The notes under the pieces are model-generated. The model worked only from the letters and a program-made list of their open reading frames with translations. It was not told the origin of the DNA and ran no database searches. Source: Candidatus Latescibacterota bacterium (GTDB lineage Bacteria; Latescibacterota; UBA2968; GCA-2709665). Taken from it: a stretch of 64,000 nucleotides of DNA. Position 1 is the stretch's first letter. Each line of letters begins with the position of its first letter. Shown here piece after piece: positions 21,599 to 30,557 of the stretch. The position numbers and the translations under genes are program-made. The DNA is taken from positions 960,001-1,024,000 of the forward strand of contig OZ242180.1 in assembly GCA_965205485.1 (NCBI GenBank), in the 5' to 3' direction.

Positions 21599-22186
21599 AT
21601 GGTGCAGAAGTCGTCCGCCGGGCGGGCTGCGCACAGGCGCGTTGTGAGCGTTCTGGTCACCTGGCTCGCGCTCGCAGGCGGCGCGGCTTCCGAACAGTCC
21701 GGTGTCGTGTCGCGCCAGGAAGCGCTGAACGCGGTCTTCGCCGGCGCGACAATCACCGGGGATCGCGTCTACCTGACGTTCGAGCAGGTGGAACGGATAG
21801 CCGCGCTGGCGGGCGAGGACGTGCGGACCCGAATCTACGCCCGGTACGTAGTGCGGCGCGATGGCGTCGTCGTCGGCAGAGCGTACGTCGACACGCACGT
21901 GGTGCGGACCAAACGCGAGAGCCTGCTCATCTCGCTCGAACCGGACGGGCGGGTGCGCCGCATCGACGTGACCGCATTTCTCGAGCCGCCCGAGTACATC
22001 CCCTCCGAGCGATGGAAGGGTCAGTACTACGGGAAACCGCTCGTTGACGACGTCGCTCTCCACCGTGCGATCCGACCCATCGCGGGGGCGACGCTGACCG
22101 CGCACGCCGTCAACGCCGCCGTGCGCCGCGTGCTGGCCCTCGACATGGTGCTGGAGGGACGCGAGCCCGGGAGGGAAGGGCAATGA
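21599..22186 (+). CDS. FMN-binding domain protein (candidate flavinylation target)
   Basis: Leader with TM/signal segment. C-terminal RPIAGATLTA matches the [S/T/A]GAT flavinylation motif region. Lies in an operon with ApbE. Start taken at ATG 21599 (GGGAG RBS). Confidence 0.8.
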   Translation: MVQKSSAGRAAHRRVVSVLVTWLALAGGAASEQSGVVSRQEALNAVFAGATITGDRVYLTFEQVERIAALAGEDVRTRIYARYVVRRDGVVVGRAYVDTHVVRTKRESLLISLEPDGRVRRIDVTAFLEPPEYIPSERWKGQYYGKPLVDDVALHRAIRPIAGATLTAHAVNAAVRRVLALDMVLEGREPGREGQ

Positions 22187-22647
22187 CCTGGTGGGAACGC
22201 TGGGGTTTCAATACTTTCCACGTCATTGTCACGGGAACCGGGATCGTCTACTTTTACATGAAGTACGCCATGACGACCGATGACCCGTTCGCCGTCGTCA
22301 ACCATCCGTGGCAATCCGCGACGCTGTCGGTTCACATCCTCGTGGCGCCGCTGTTCGTCGCTTTCTTCGGTATGTTGTTCCGCTCGCACTCGTTACGGAA
22401 GCTGCGTTCACGAAAGCCGGCAAACCGACGGTCCGGATGGACCTCGCTTCTGAGCTTCACGGTGATGGCCCTCAGCGGCTATCTGATACAGGTCGTGAAC
22501 ACACCGGCGCTCATCACTTTCTTCATCTGGACCCACGTCGCGGCCAGCGCAGTTTTCGTTGTCGGCTACGGCCTCCATCTCGTCAACGGCTGGCGGATCA
22601 CTCCCCGCAGGGCGAATGCCACCGCCTCGCGAATGCCGAGACCATGA
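22183..22647 (+). CDS. 4-TM membrane protein with intramembrane histidines (cytochrome b-like, DUF4405-like)
   Basis: Four hydrophobic helices with His at LSVHIL, FRSHSL, WTHVAA and GLHLV. ATGA overlaps with both neighbours. Confidence 0.65.
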   Translation: MTWWERWGFNTFHVIVTGTGIVYFYMKYAMTTDDPFAVVNHPWQSATLSVHILVAPLFVAFFGMLFRSHSLRKLRSRKPANRRSGWTSLLSFTVMALSGYLIQVVNTPALITFFIWTHVAASAVFVVGYGLHLVNGWRITPRRANATASRMPRP

Positions 22648-23732
22648 GGACGCTCACGCTGAACCGACTCGCGGTGCGCCGCGCGGTACCGTGGGTCCTG
22701 TGGTTGGGAGTCGCGGCCTGCGCAACAGGGTCGGCTTCCGCGCGCGACACGGGTGGAAGGTATCCAGTCCGCATCGAGCGCACCGTGTTCCTCATGGGCA
22801 CGTACGCCACCTTCGTGGCTGAGACCGAGGATCGTCAGACCGGTCTGGCGAAGCTGGAACGTATGGTCCGCGTCATCGAGGACACCGAAGCTGAGCTCAG
22901 CACCTGGCGGGACGACAGCGTCCTCAGTGCCGTGAATGGACAGCCTGTGGGAACACCCCTGCCTGTCCCGGCCGCCATCTGCGGGCTCTTCTCCCGCATT
23001 GCAAAGTGGCATGCGGCCACGGACGGCGCGTTCGATCCGGCCGTAGGCAACCTCATCAAGGCGTGGGATCTGCGCGGAGAAGGCAGGGAACCGGATGACG
23101 GCGAGGCGCTGGCGGCGCTGGCCGCTTCAGGCTTCGACAAGCTCGTACTCGATGCCGAGACGTGCGCCGTCACGCGGCGCGCAGCGGTCATTCTGGACGC
23201 GGGCGGATTCGGCAAGGGCGAGGCGCTGGATCGGGTCCGAGAGGCCGAGCGCAACCGGCGCGGCGCATGGTTCATCGATTTCGGCGGGCAGGTGGCAGTG
23301 TCCGGCGAAGCGTCCGATGGCCCGTGGTCAGTCGGGCTTGCACATCCGGCGCAACGCCAAAAGGCGGTTCTCGAGTTATCTCTCGCCGCCGGCTCAATCG
23401 CCACAAGCAGCGGGTCCGATAGGGACCCCGCCACGGCGGACGGCCGCCGCATCGGCCATATCGTCGACCCGCGCAACGGCCGGCCGGTCTACCGAACCGG
23501 GTCGGTCACCGTCTGGCACGAAAACGCATTCGTTGCGGACGTGCTCTCGACGGCGCTGTACGTCATGGGAAAGAAAGAGGGGATCGCCTGGGCCGTGCCG
23601 CGCGGCATCGCCGCGTGCTTCTTTTCCGCTGCCCCGCACGCGGACGATGTCGTGTTCCGCGCCACACCTGCATTCACGGCGCGTTTCCCACTGTCCGATT
23701 CACCGCCGGGAGAAGAAGAAACGAAGGATTGA
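22644..23732 (+). CDS. apbE: FAD:protein FMN transferase
   Basis: FLMGT, LSTWRDDSVLSAVN, TDGAFDPAVG, LDAGGFGKG, IDFGGQV, IATSS, GHIVDPRNGRP, ADVLSTALYVMG. Confidence 0.92.
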   Translation: MRTLTLNRLAVRRAVPWVLWLGVAACATGSASARDTGGRYPVRIERTVFLMGTYATFVAETEDRQTGLAKLERMVRVIEDTEAELSTWRDDSVLSAVNGQPVGTPLPVPAAICGLFSRIAKWHAATDGAFDPAVGNLIKAWDLRGEGREPDDGEALAALAASGFDKLVLDAETCAVTRRAAVILDAGGFGKGEALDRVREAERNRRGAWFIDFGGQVAVSGEASDGPWSVGLAHPAQRQKAVLELSLAAGSIATSSGSDRDPATADGRRIGHIVDPRNGRPVYRTGSVTVWHENAFVADVLSTALYVMGKKEGIAWAVPRGIAACFFSAAPHADDVVFRATPAFTARFPLSDSPPGEEETKD

Positions 23733-23890
23733 GGTCGGGAAAGTTACACATGGCTACACGGATCGGCGCCTCGCGAATTCAACGCACGCCGATTTATCTT
23801 GTACTGTGGCGGGCGCCGTGTTTTTGACTTACATTTCAAAATGGAAGCCTGTCCGGACTCCGGTTGCCGCGCCACCGGCCAGATGACTGA

Positions 23891-24940
23891 ATGAACGCAC
23901 TCGGGAGCAATTCGATGCCGGTCAATCTCTCAAGAGACCTGAAACACAAACAAGACGGTTTCGGCGCCGAGCGAAACATCCACGAATACGAAAAAGGCTT
24001 CAGGGTGGCCAGGGACGCCGTCGCTGAGAATGAAGACAGCGACGACAGGATGGTCAGCGTTCTGTACTACGATCTGGTTACTGACTTCTACGAATACGGT
24101 TGGGGCAGATCATTTCACTTTGCCCCGCGTGTCCCTGGAGAAAGCTTCGAGGCATCGCTTGTACGCCACGAACGCTATCTGGCGCGGGTACTCGGCCTTG
24201 AACCCGGGATGGTCGTCGCCGACGTGGGCTGCGGCGTCGGGGGCCCGCTAATGGAGATCGCGCGATATTCCGGCGCCAGGATCGTCGGCGTGAACAGCAA
24301 CGCCTATCAACTCGAACGCGCCCGGGAACGTACGGTAGAAGCGGGGCTGACGCACCTGGTCGAGTTCCTGCAGTGCGACTTCCTGAACGTGGATGCCGCG
24401 GACGAGTCGTTCGACGCCGTATACGATATCGAAGCGACCTGCCATGCGCCGGATAAACTCAGCATCTATAGCGAGATCTTTCGTCTTTTAAAACCTGGCG
24501 GACGCTTCGGCGGTTACCAATACTGCCTGACCGATCGCTTCGACGCCAACGATCCCCAGCATCTCAGGATCAAGGCCGACATCCAGCTGGGTGGCAGCCT
24601 GTTCGTGATCGACGACACGCACACGGTCGATCAAGCGCTTCGATCTGTTGGCTTTGAGGTACTGGAAGCACGGGATCTTTCGATCCAGAATGGGCCGTCC
24701 ATCCCCTGGTTTCAACCTCTGATCGGTTCCGGTCTTTCTCTGACCGGCTTCCGCAGATCGAGGATCGGGCGCTGGGTCACGCGGAACTCGCTGAGATCGC
24801 TCGAAGCGCTACATATCGCGCCACGGGGATCGGCCCGCGTAGCAGCAACTCTGGACCTCTGCGCGGAGGCCCTGGCCGAGGCCGGCCGGCTCGGGATCTT
24901 CACGCCGATGTACCTCGTTCACGCCCGCAAACCAGCGTAA
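23891..24940 (+). CDS. Sterol 24-C-methyltransferase (ERG6/SMT-like SAM-dependent methyltransferase)
   Basis: SMT signature regions YYDLVTDFYEYGWGRSFHFAPR, DVGCGVGGP and IEATCHAP, plus C-terminal GIFTPMY. Alternative start at ATG 23915. Confidence 0.9.
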   Translation: MNALGSNSMPVNLSRDLKHKQDGFGAERNIHEYEKGFRVARDAVAENEDSDDRMVSVLYYDLVTDFYEYGWGRSFHFAPRVPGESFEASLVRHERYLARVLGLEPGMVVADVGCGVGGPLMEIARYSGARIVGVNSNAYQLERARERTVEAGLTHLVEFLQCDFLNVDAADESFDAVYDIEATCHAPDKLSIYSEIFRLLKPGGRFGGYQYCLTDRFDANDPQHLRIKADIQLGGSLFVIDDTHTVDQALRSVGFEVLEARDLSIQNGPSIPWFQPLIGSGLSLTGFRRSRIGRWVTRNSLRSLEALHIAPRGSARVAATLDLCAEALAEAGRLGIFTPMYLVHARKPA

Positions 24941-24974
24941 AGCAATCCAATCGAGCTTGTTCACATCCTGCCAA

Positions 24975-27785
24975 CTATCTGACGGCGGGCATGAAATCCT
25001 GTGAGGCCTGGAACTCCCCCGCGCCGGGGATGGCTTTGGGTTGAACGGTATATTTCCCCCTGGGAACCACGAAAAAAGCGGTGTTCCTGCGCGCGTCGAC
25101 CCGGGCGTTGTACCGGACAATACCGTCCCTGTTGCGGATACTCCAGTCGCCCGGCGCCAGGCCGGTCAGCAATAACTGACAGCTTCCATCCCCACCGACC
25201 CCCACCTGCAGCGTCTGCTCCAGCGGCTTGCCGGTCCGGTTCAAGACCACGACCCGGTCCGCCAGCGTGACAACGAAGGCTTCCGGGAGTTCAACGAGGT
25301 CGACCGGCAGCTGCTCCTCCTGTTCGTCACACATCGTCATCACCGTCAGAAACACATCGTTGCTCCGCTCTTCCACGGGTGAGAACATCACGCGATGGCC
25401 GTTCGCTTCAGGACGGTCCGGTTTTGGCGGCGTAAAGTACTGTCCGAACACGCTATTGGCGTCATTTCCGCTCAGGATCTGCGTATCCCGCTCATCCGCC
25501 CCCGGTCGCAGCATTCGCAGCACGACCTTGCCGCTCCCGTCAGCGTCGCTGTTTCTCAGGATAACGCCGTCGTCCGTCGTTTCGGGCGGGTTGAGGGTGT
25601 TGACCTGCCAGTATTTCCTGAACTCCGGTCTGGCCGTGGTCATATTGTCCAGGACGATCAGCGCCGCGGCAGTCTGCTCGTTGTCGAGGTTCAGGAAGCA
25701 GAAGGTCCGGACGTAGTCCTCGATCTTCTCGCTGTAGGCCGACGTCAGATTGACCGAGAAATAGCTGTAGAACGGCCGCTGAGGGGACGGGCCAAAGCTG
25801 GTCGAGACGACGCCACCGTTGGCGAACGTCGGATCAGAAAGCGCCTGGTCCGGTGTGGTCGGGCAGGATTGAATGAAACGCACGCCCCCGTCATTGACGG
25901 TATTCCGAATGAACTGCTCTTCAGGATCGACCGCCAGCATCATGCTGTGCGAAATCGAACGTTTACAGAAGTTGAAGTCGTAGGGCGTTCCGTAGAAATG
26001 GTACTGCCCCAGGTCGGCCGCCTGCAGCCCGCGGTAGTAGATCTGGAAGCTGCCCGCGTCGGCGTGCTGGTGATTGCCGAAGTGATACCCGCCGCCCTTC
26101 ATCTCCACGACCACGTCGGACGCGCCGGGGCCCATGTTCCATCCGGTCCGGGCGACCATCGAACCGAGGATCGGGCCGAAATCGATGGTGAGCGGCAATG
26201 AAGAGAAATCCTCGGCAGCCTTCAAGTCCGGGTCGTTCAGCAGCAGCACCATGATCGGTTCGGAGGGAAGCCCGCCCTGCCGCTCGAAGTCGTGCTTGAT
26301 GACCGGATCGTTGCTGTAGGCGTAGCTGAGCAGTGCTGTAGCGCCGAGACTTGCCGGCCGTCCGTCAGAAAACCCGTCGCCGTCACGTAGCGTCTCTCCG
26401 TTCGGCATGCGCATGTAGAGCCAGAACTTGCAGACATCCGCGATGTTGTCGTCGAAGACCCGCTCGCCGGTCATACGGTTAAACAGCCAGGCCGCGTGCA
26501 TATCCCATCCGAACCGGTACGGGCCGTAGCTGACGCCCTGGTTGTGGCGCGGGGACCGGTATTCGAACCGGCGCATCGGAACCAGTTCTTCCAGCATGCG
26601 GTAGGCGCAATATCGATACGGTACCGGGTCTTCGTCGTAGATGGCGATGGCCATGCAGAGCAGATCGCGGTTGACCTGCGCCTCGTTGCCATGGCCGTTG
26701 ACGATGATCTGCTTGAACGGCGGCCAGCCGATTTCCATATCGTCGGCGAGGCGCATCAGGTCGGTGCGAATGCTGTTCCTGTCGCTCGGTGTCATCAACT
26801 CGTAGCACCAGTCGTAAACCAATGCCGCAGAGTAGATGGCCCGGCCGATCTCCCTTGTAATATCAAGCAGATTTCCGAATTCGACCGCGGCGAGATAGTC
26901 GCGGATCAGCGCCACCGCTTCCCGGCCGGGCGTCTCCTCGCCGTTCATCAGATAAACGAAGGCCCTGGCGACGGCCGCTTTCTCGAGTTTCGGATTGTGG
27001 CCGACTTCCGTACCCGGTTCTGCTTCGAACGTGAAGGGTTCCGCCGCCTCGTCCCTCACCTGTGCCCATAGCGGAGCGTTCTCGCCCTTAGTCAGGTTTG
27101 CGCGGACCGCCGGCAGCGACTGCTCGTTCACCCAGATACGCGGCCGGGATGCCGGTGGAACGACCGTCGGCCGGTAGTCGGTCGCGGCCGCCGGGACTTC
27201 CGGAGGCGTGTAAGGGCTGACTTCAAGGTAATCCAGACGCACGCCTTCCGGCAGCCAGATCCGAATCTCCTGCTCCTGCCCGTTGAGGTCAAACTTTCCA
27301 GCCGTCTGTGTACAGCTCTCCAACCGGCTCCAGGGCACGAATACCACGCGTCTTGTCGGGCGGACATCGCCGACGGCGATCTTGAGGTGCAACGAGTCAA
27401 ACTTGCTCCTGGCCTTTCGCATCGCCTCCCTGCCCCTGGCGTCCGTGGCTGCGTGTGTGCGAATCACGAACCGCCCGGCCCTCGAAGCCTGCACCATGAA
27501 TACGAGATCCGGGCCGGCGCCGGGCGACCCCACGTTGGCGGCCACACCGGCCTTTAGCGAAACGCCCTTCTCGCTGGAAAACGAGCTCTGCGTTACGATC
27601 TCTGCACGACCGGGGTCGATCCCGGCGGCCTCTGCCTGAATGACGACCGTTCCGTCTAAGATGAAAATATGGGATGGAGCATTAGCGCTGTTACTTTCTC
27701 CGGTCTTCATGGCGTGGGTCTCCTCGGCGTACGATAAGACGGTTATCAAGAGCGAAACAACGAAATGATTGTACGATGTTTTCAA
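24975..27785 (-). CDS. Heparinase II-like polysaccharide lyase (heparin/heparan sulfate lyase, PL21-like) with extra N-terminal domain
   Basis: IVNGHGNEAQVNRDLL..AIAIYDEDP, HNQGVSYGPYRF, MVARTGW, NHQHADAGSFQIYYRG. Start uncertain: TTG 27785 gives a signal-like leader; ATG 27710 has a GGAG RBS. Confidence 0.8.
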   Translation of the reverse strand: MKTSYNHFVVSLLITVLSYAEETHAMKTGESNSANAPSHIFILDGTVVIQAEAAGIDPGRAEIVTQSSFSSEKGVSLKAGVAANVGSPGAGPDLVFMVQASRAGRFVIRTHAATDARGREAMRKARSKFDSLHLKIAVGDVRPTRRVVFVPWSRLESCTQTAGKFDLNGQEQEIRIWLPEGVRLDYLEVSPYTPPEVPAAATDYRPTVVPPASRPRIWVNEQSLPAVRANLTKGENAPLWAQVRDEAAEPFTFEAEPGTEVGHNPKLEKAAVARAFVYLMNGEETPGREAVALIRDYLAAVEFGNLLDITREIGRAIYSAALVYDWCYELMTPSDRNSIRTDLMRLADDMEIGWPPFKQIIVNGHGNEAQVNRDLLCMAIAIYDEDPVPYRYCAYRMLEELVPMRRFEYRSPRHNQGVSYGPYRFGWDMHAAWLFNRMTGERVFDDNIADVCKFWLYMRMPNGETLRDGDGFSDGRPASLGATALLSYAYSNDPVIKHDFERQGGLPSEPIMVLLLNDPDLKAAEDFSSLPLTIDFGPILGSMVARTGWNMGPGASDVVVEMKGGGYHFGNHQHADAGSFQIYYRGLQAADLGQYHFYGTPYDFNFCKRSISHSMMLAVDPEEQFIRNTVNDGGVRFIQSCPTTPDQALSDPTFANGGVVSTSFGPSPQRPFYSYFSVNLTSAYSEKIEDYVRTFCFLNLDNEQTAAALIVLDNMTTARPEFRKYWQVNTLNPPETTDDGVILRNSDADGSGKVVLRMLRPGADERDTQILSGNDANSVFGQYFTPPKPDRPEANGHRVMFSPVEERSNDVFLTVMTMCDEQEEQLPVDLVELPEAFVVTLADRVVVLNRTGKPLEQTLQVGVGGDGSCQLLLTGLAPGDWSIRNRDGIVRYNARVDARRNTAFFVVPRGKYTVQPKAIPGAGEFQASQDFMPAVR

Positions 27786-27849
27786 AAGCCGATGGTTTTC
27801 CTTGTAAATCCTTATTATCCGTGGAAATACCCCACCCCATTGCCGCCGA

Positions 27850-27998
27850 CCTACCCCCTTTCCCCCGTCCTGAAGGAAGGGGGAAACTGTCATCAGTTGA
27901 TGTTATTTCGACTGATCGAAAGATGCGAGCGACATTTTGTGATTCCGCGACCCGGGTTGTCACCCCCTTTCCTTTAGGAGAGGGGGCAGGGGGAGAGG
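27850..27998. repeat. Inverted pair of 'CCCCTxTCC..GGAxxGGGG' REP-like hairpins (family D)
   Basis: Hairpins at 27850-27886 and 27963-27998 in opposite orientation. Confidence 0.6.
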
Positions 27999-28095
27999 TC
28001 ACGTGGCCGACACCTACTGATCGGGTTCCTGATTCGAGCTGACGACTGACAGCCGAGAAATGATAACTGCTTTTCCGCAGGCGAATTATTATCAG

Positions 28096-28938
28096 TCAAC
28101 CTTGAGGAGCAGAGTACAGATCCAAGCTGCCGAGCCAGTTGAGGCACAGTTGCGGCCAGCTCGAAGGCAGCTTTTCGTTGCGGCGCACGCCGAAATCGTG
28201 CTCGCCGGTTGCGTAGACGTGCAATTCCGTGGGAACACCGGCCCGGTGCAGCGCCAGGTACATGATCACGCTGTGGGCGACCTCGGATTCACTGTCGTCA
28301 CCGGCGTGGGTCAGAAACACGGGAGGCGTATCGGCCGGAATGTGGATCCCGTCAGAAATCCTGTCGCAGTCCGCATCCTTCAGGTACCCCGAATAACACA
28401 AAACGGCGAAATCCGGGCGGCAACTCGCGGTATCGACCGCGTCTATTTCCGGGTAACTCCGGTCGCCGAAACCGGTGGCGGTTGCCAGAGCGAGATGGCC
28501 GCCTGCGGAAAAGCCCACCATACCGATACGACCGGGATCTATGCGCCACTCGGCCGCATGGCTGCGCACGATACTCACCGCGCGCTGGGCGTCGGACAGA
28601 GGTCCTGCCGGCGGGACCCCCTTCGCATCGCCCGGACGGCGCGGGACCCTGTATTTCAGAATGATACCCGCGATGCCCCGGGAAGTCAGCCAGGCCGCAA
28701 CCTCCTCTCCTTCCAGTTCCCAGAAGAGATCCCAATACCCGCCTCCGGGGCAGATGAGCATGGCAGTACCCGTGTTCTTCTCCTGCGGCGGGAGGTGCAC
28801 CGTCAGCGAAGGTCGGGTGACGTTGGTGATCAGCAGCGTGTTCCCCACGAACCTGGAGTCGTGTATACGGCTTTTCTCCTCACCGTCTATGCCGGCATCC
28901 CCGGGAACTTGGCCCGACCACAATTCCATCACCGTCAT
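28096..28938 (-). CDS. Alpha/beta hydrolase (carbohydrate esterase-like)
   Basis: ICPGGGY oxyanion loop, GFSAGGHLA nucleophile elbow, HAGDD, EHDFG. ATG 28938 with GGAGG RBS, overlapping the upstream stop. Confidence 0.88.
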   Translation of the reverse strand: MTVMELWSGQVPGDAGIDGEEKSRIHDSRFVGNTLLITNVTRPSLTVHLPPQEKNTGTAMLICPGGGYWDLFWELEGEEVAAWLTSRGIAGIILKYRVPRRPGDAKGVPPAGPLSDAQRAVSIVRSHAAEWRIDPGRIGMVGFSAGGHLALATATGFGDRSYPEIDAVDTASCRPDFAVLCYSGYLKDADCDRISDGIHIPADTPPVFLTHAGDDSESEVAHSVIMYLALHRAGVPTELHVYATGEHDFGVRRNEKLPSSWPQLCLNWLGSLDLYSAPQG

Positions 28939-29957
28939 TCCCAACCTCCGGATCTGATTCCCTCCAACGAAACGGTCCGATCTTCCTGTGCAGAGATGGA
29001 AATGGCTTCGGCGATCTCAACGTCCAGCAGGGCATCCTCGGGAGGATTCAGGGCTTCGCGCCGACTCTCCATGGCATCCAGAAATGCGTGCACCTGCCTC
29101 ACCATAGAAGATGGTTCCGCGTCAAAGGCGCGGACATCGGAGCGACCTTCCCTATACACGGTAATAGCGTCCTTGCCGGGCGGGCTCTCGGCATTCGTCT
29201 GAATTCCGCCGTTGGCACAAATGAATCGCGCCTGCGGGTCGGGCATCCCGTCCGGCCCGATGTAGCTGGCCGTTGCCGAAGCGAAAGCCCCGTTTTCGAA
29301 TCCGATCAGAGCCCCGCACGTCTCCTCGGCAACGTGGCCCGGCGCCGTATTCCGTTTCCGGTTGGCCATCGCCGAAACGGTGGTCGGCTGTCCAAGAATC
29401 CAGCGGATCGCATTCAGATAACAGTAGCTCATGTGGGTCAGCGGCATGCCCCCGCTGGCCTCCTGATCGCAGTACCAGGCATCCGGGGCCGGGTTCCACA
29501 ATGCCATGGTCACGGCCATCACCGGCGGCCCCAGTTCCCCTCCCGCCACCAGGCGCCTGATCTCTTCCCAGGCCGGGTCGTATCGGCGCTGAAACCCCGC
29601 CTCCACGATCCGCTCCGACCGGTTTGTCATCTCCACAATCCGCTTTCCGTTCTCCAGGGACGACGCGAGACAGCCGCCGATGAGGAGGTCGCAGCCGGCA
29701 TCCAGCGCCCACGTCGTCGCCTCGTCCTGAACGCGATGCGGTACTTCGATCAGGACGGCGTCCGGGCGGGTGCCGGCCAACCTCCGATAGTCATCGCCAG
29801 ATACCGCGCACCCCAACTCCGCCGCACAGCGTTCGGCGGTCTCCCTTCGACGGGCGGCAACGCCGCAGATTTCCGCCCGCTCCGTATCCAGAAACGCCTG
29901 GCCCCGGACCCGGGCCATGTTCCCGGCGCCCACAACCGCGATTCGTGTTTTAGCCAT
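28935..29957 (-). CDS. Gfo/Idh/MocA family oxidoreductase
   Basis: MAKTRIAVVGAGNMA Rossmann motif, GFQRRYDP, SGGMPLTH. Confidence 0.88.
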   Translation of the reverse strand: MAKTRIAVVGAGNMARVRGQAFLDTERAEICGVAARRRETAERCAAELGCAVSGDDYRRLAGTRPDAVLIEVPHRVQDEATTWALDAGCDLLIGGCLASSLENGKRIVEMTNRSERIVEAGFQRRYDPAWEEIRRLVAGGELGPPVMAVTMALWNPAPDAWYCDQEASGGMPLTHMSYCYLNAIRWILGQPTTVSAMANRKRNTAPGHVAEETCGALIGFENGAFASATASYIGPDGMPDPQARFICANGGIQTNAESPPGKDAITVYREGRSDVRAFDAEPSSMVRQVHAFLDAMESRREALNPPEDALLDVEIAEAISISAQEDRTVSLEGIRSGGWE

Positions 29958-30374
29958 TGCATACTCCCTCTTCGGTTTTCTGCTCGGCTTAAAATAAACG
30001 TCCAATCCTTCCGGTTACGCACCCTGTCTTACTGAATTTCGAACCGATTCTTCACTCCGAACGCGAAATCGGAGCGTGTTCGTCCATATTATCTACCGGG
30101 CATGCCGGCCTGTTCGCCTCAATTTAAAAAAGACAACAGTAAAATTGGCCGCAAAGAGCACAAGGGTCACAGAAGGTTCCGGTGCGAAGCGGGGTATTGA
30201 GGTCGTCCAGAAGGACATTTTTCCCGTTCGTGAACAGTGAGCCGAAGTATCCTGGTAATCGGCAGTTTAATGGCCTTCATTAACTCGCACATATTCGAAT
30301 TATTGCCGCGAGCAGTAAATAGTTGACATCTACTGTGCCTGCTACGGTGGAGAGGAGCTTGTCCAAACGGGGAC

Positions 30375-30477
30375 GCTGAGCATGCCTGCATTGAGCTTGT
30401 CGAAATGTCGAAGCGCCCGTGTTTCGGCACCCTTCTCCCTTCGCCGACCCTTCGACAAGCTCAGGGAGCGGCTCAGG
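30375..30477. repeat. REP-like family C, nested inverted copies
   Basis: gctgagc[atgcctgcattgagcttgtcgaaa]tgtcgaagc and cccttcgacaagctcagggagcggctcagg. Confidence 0.6.
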
Positions 30478-30557
30478 TTGGCCGGTTAATGTCGTGGAAA
30501 AAGGTAAATTATCGGATGCTCCCCGTAATAACGTCCACGAAAACTCACGAATCGAGG

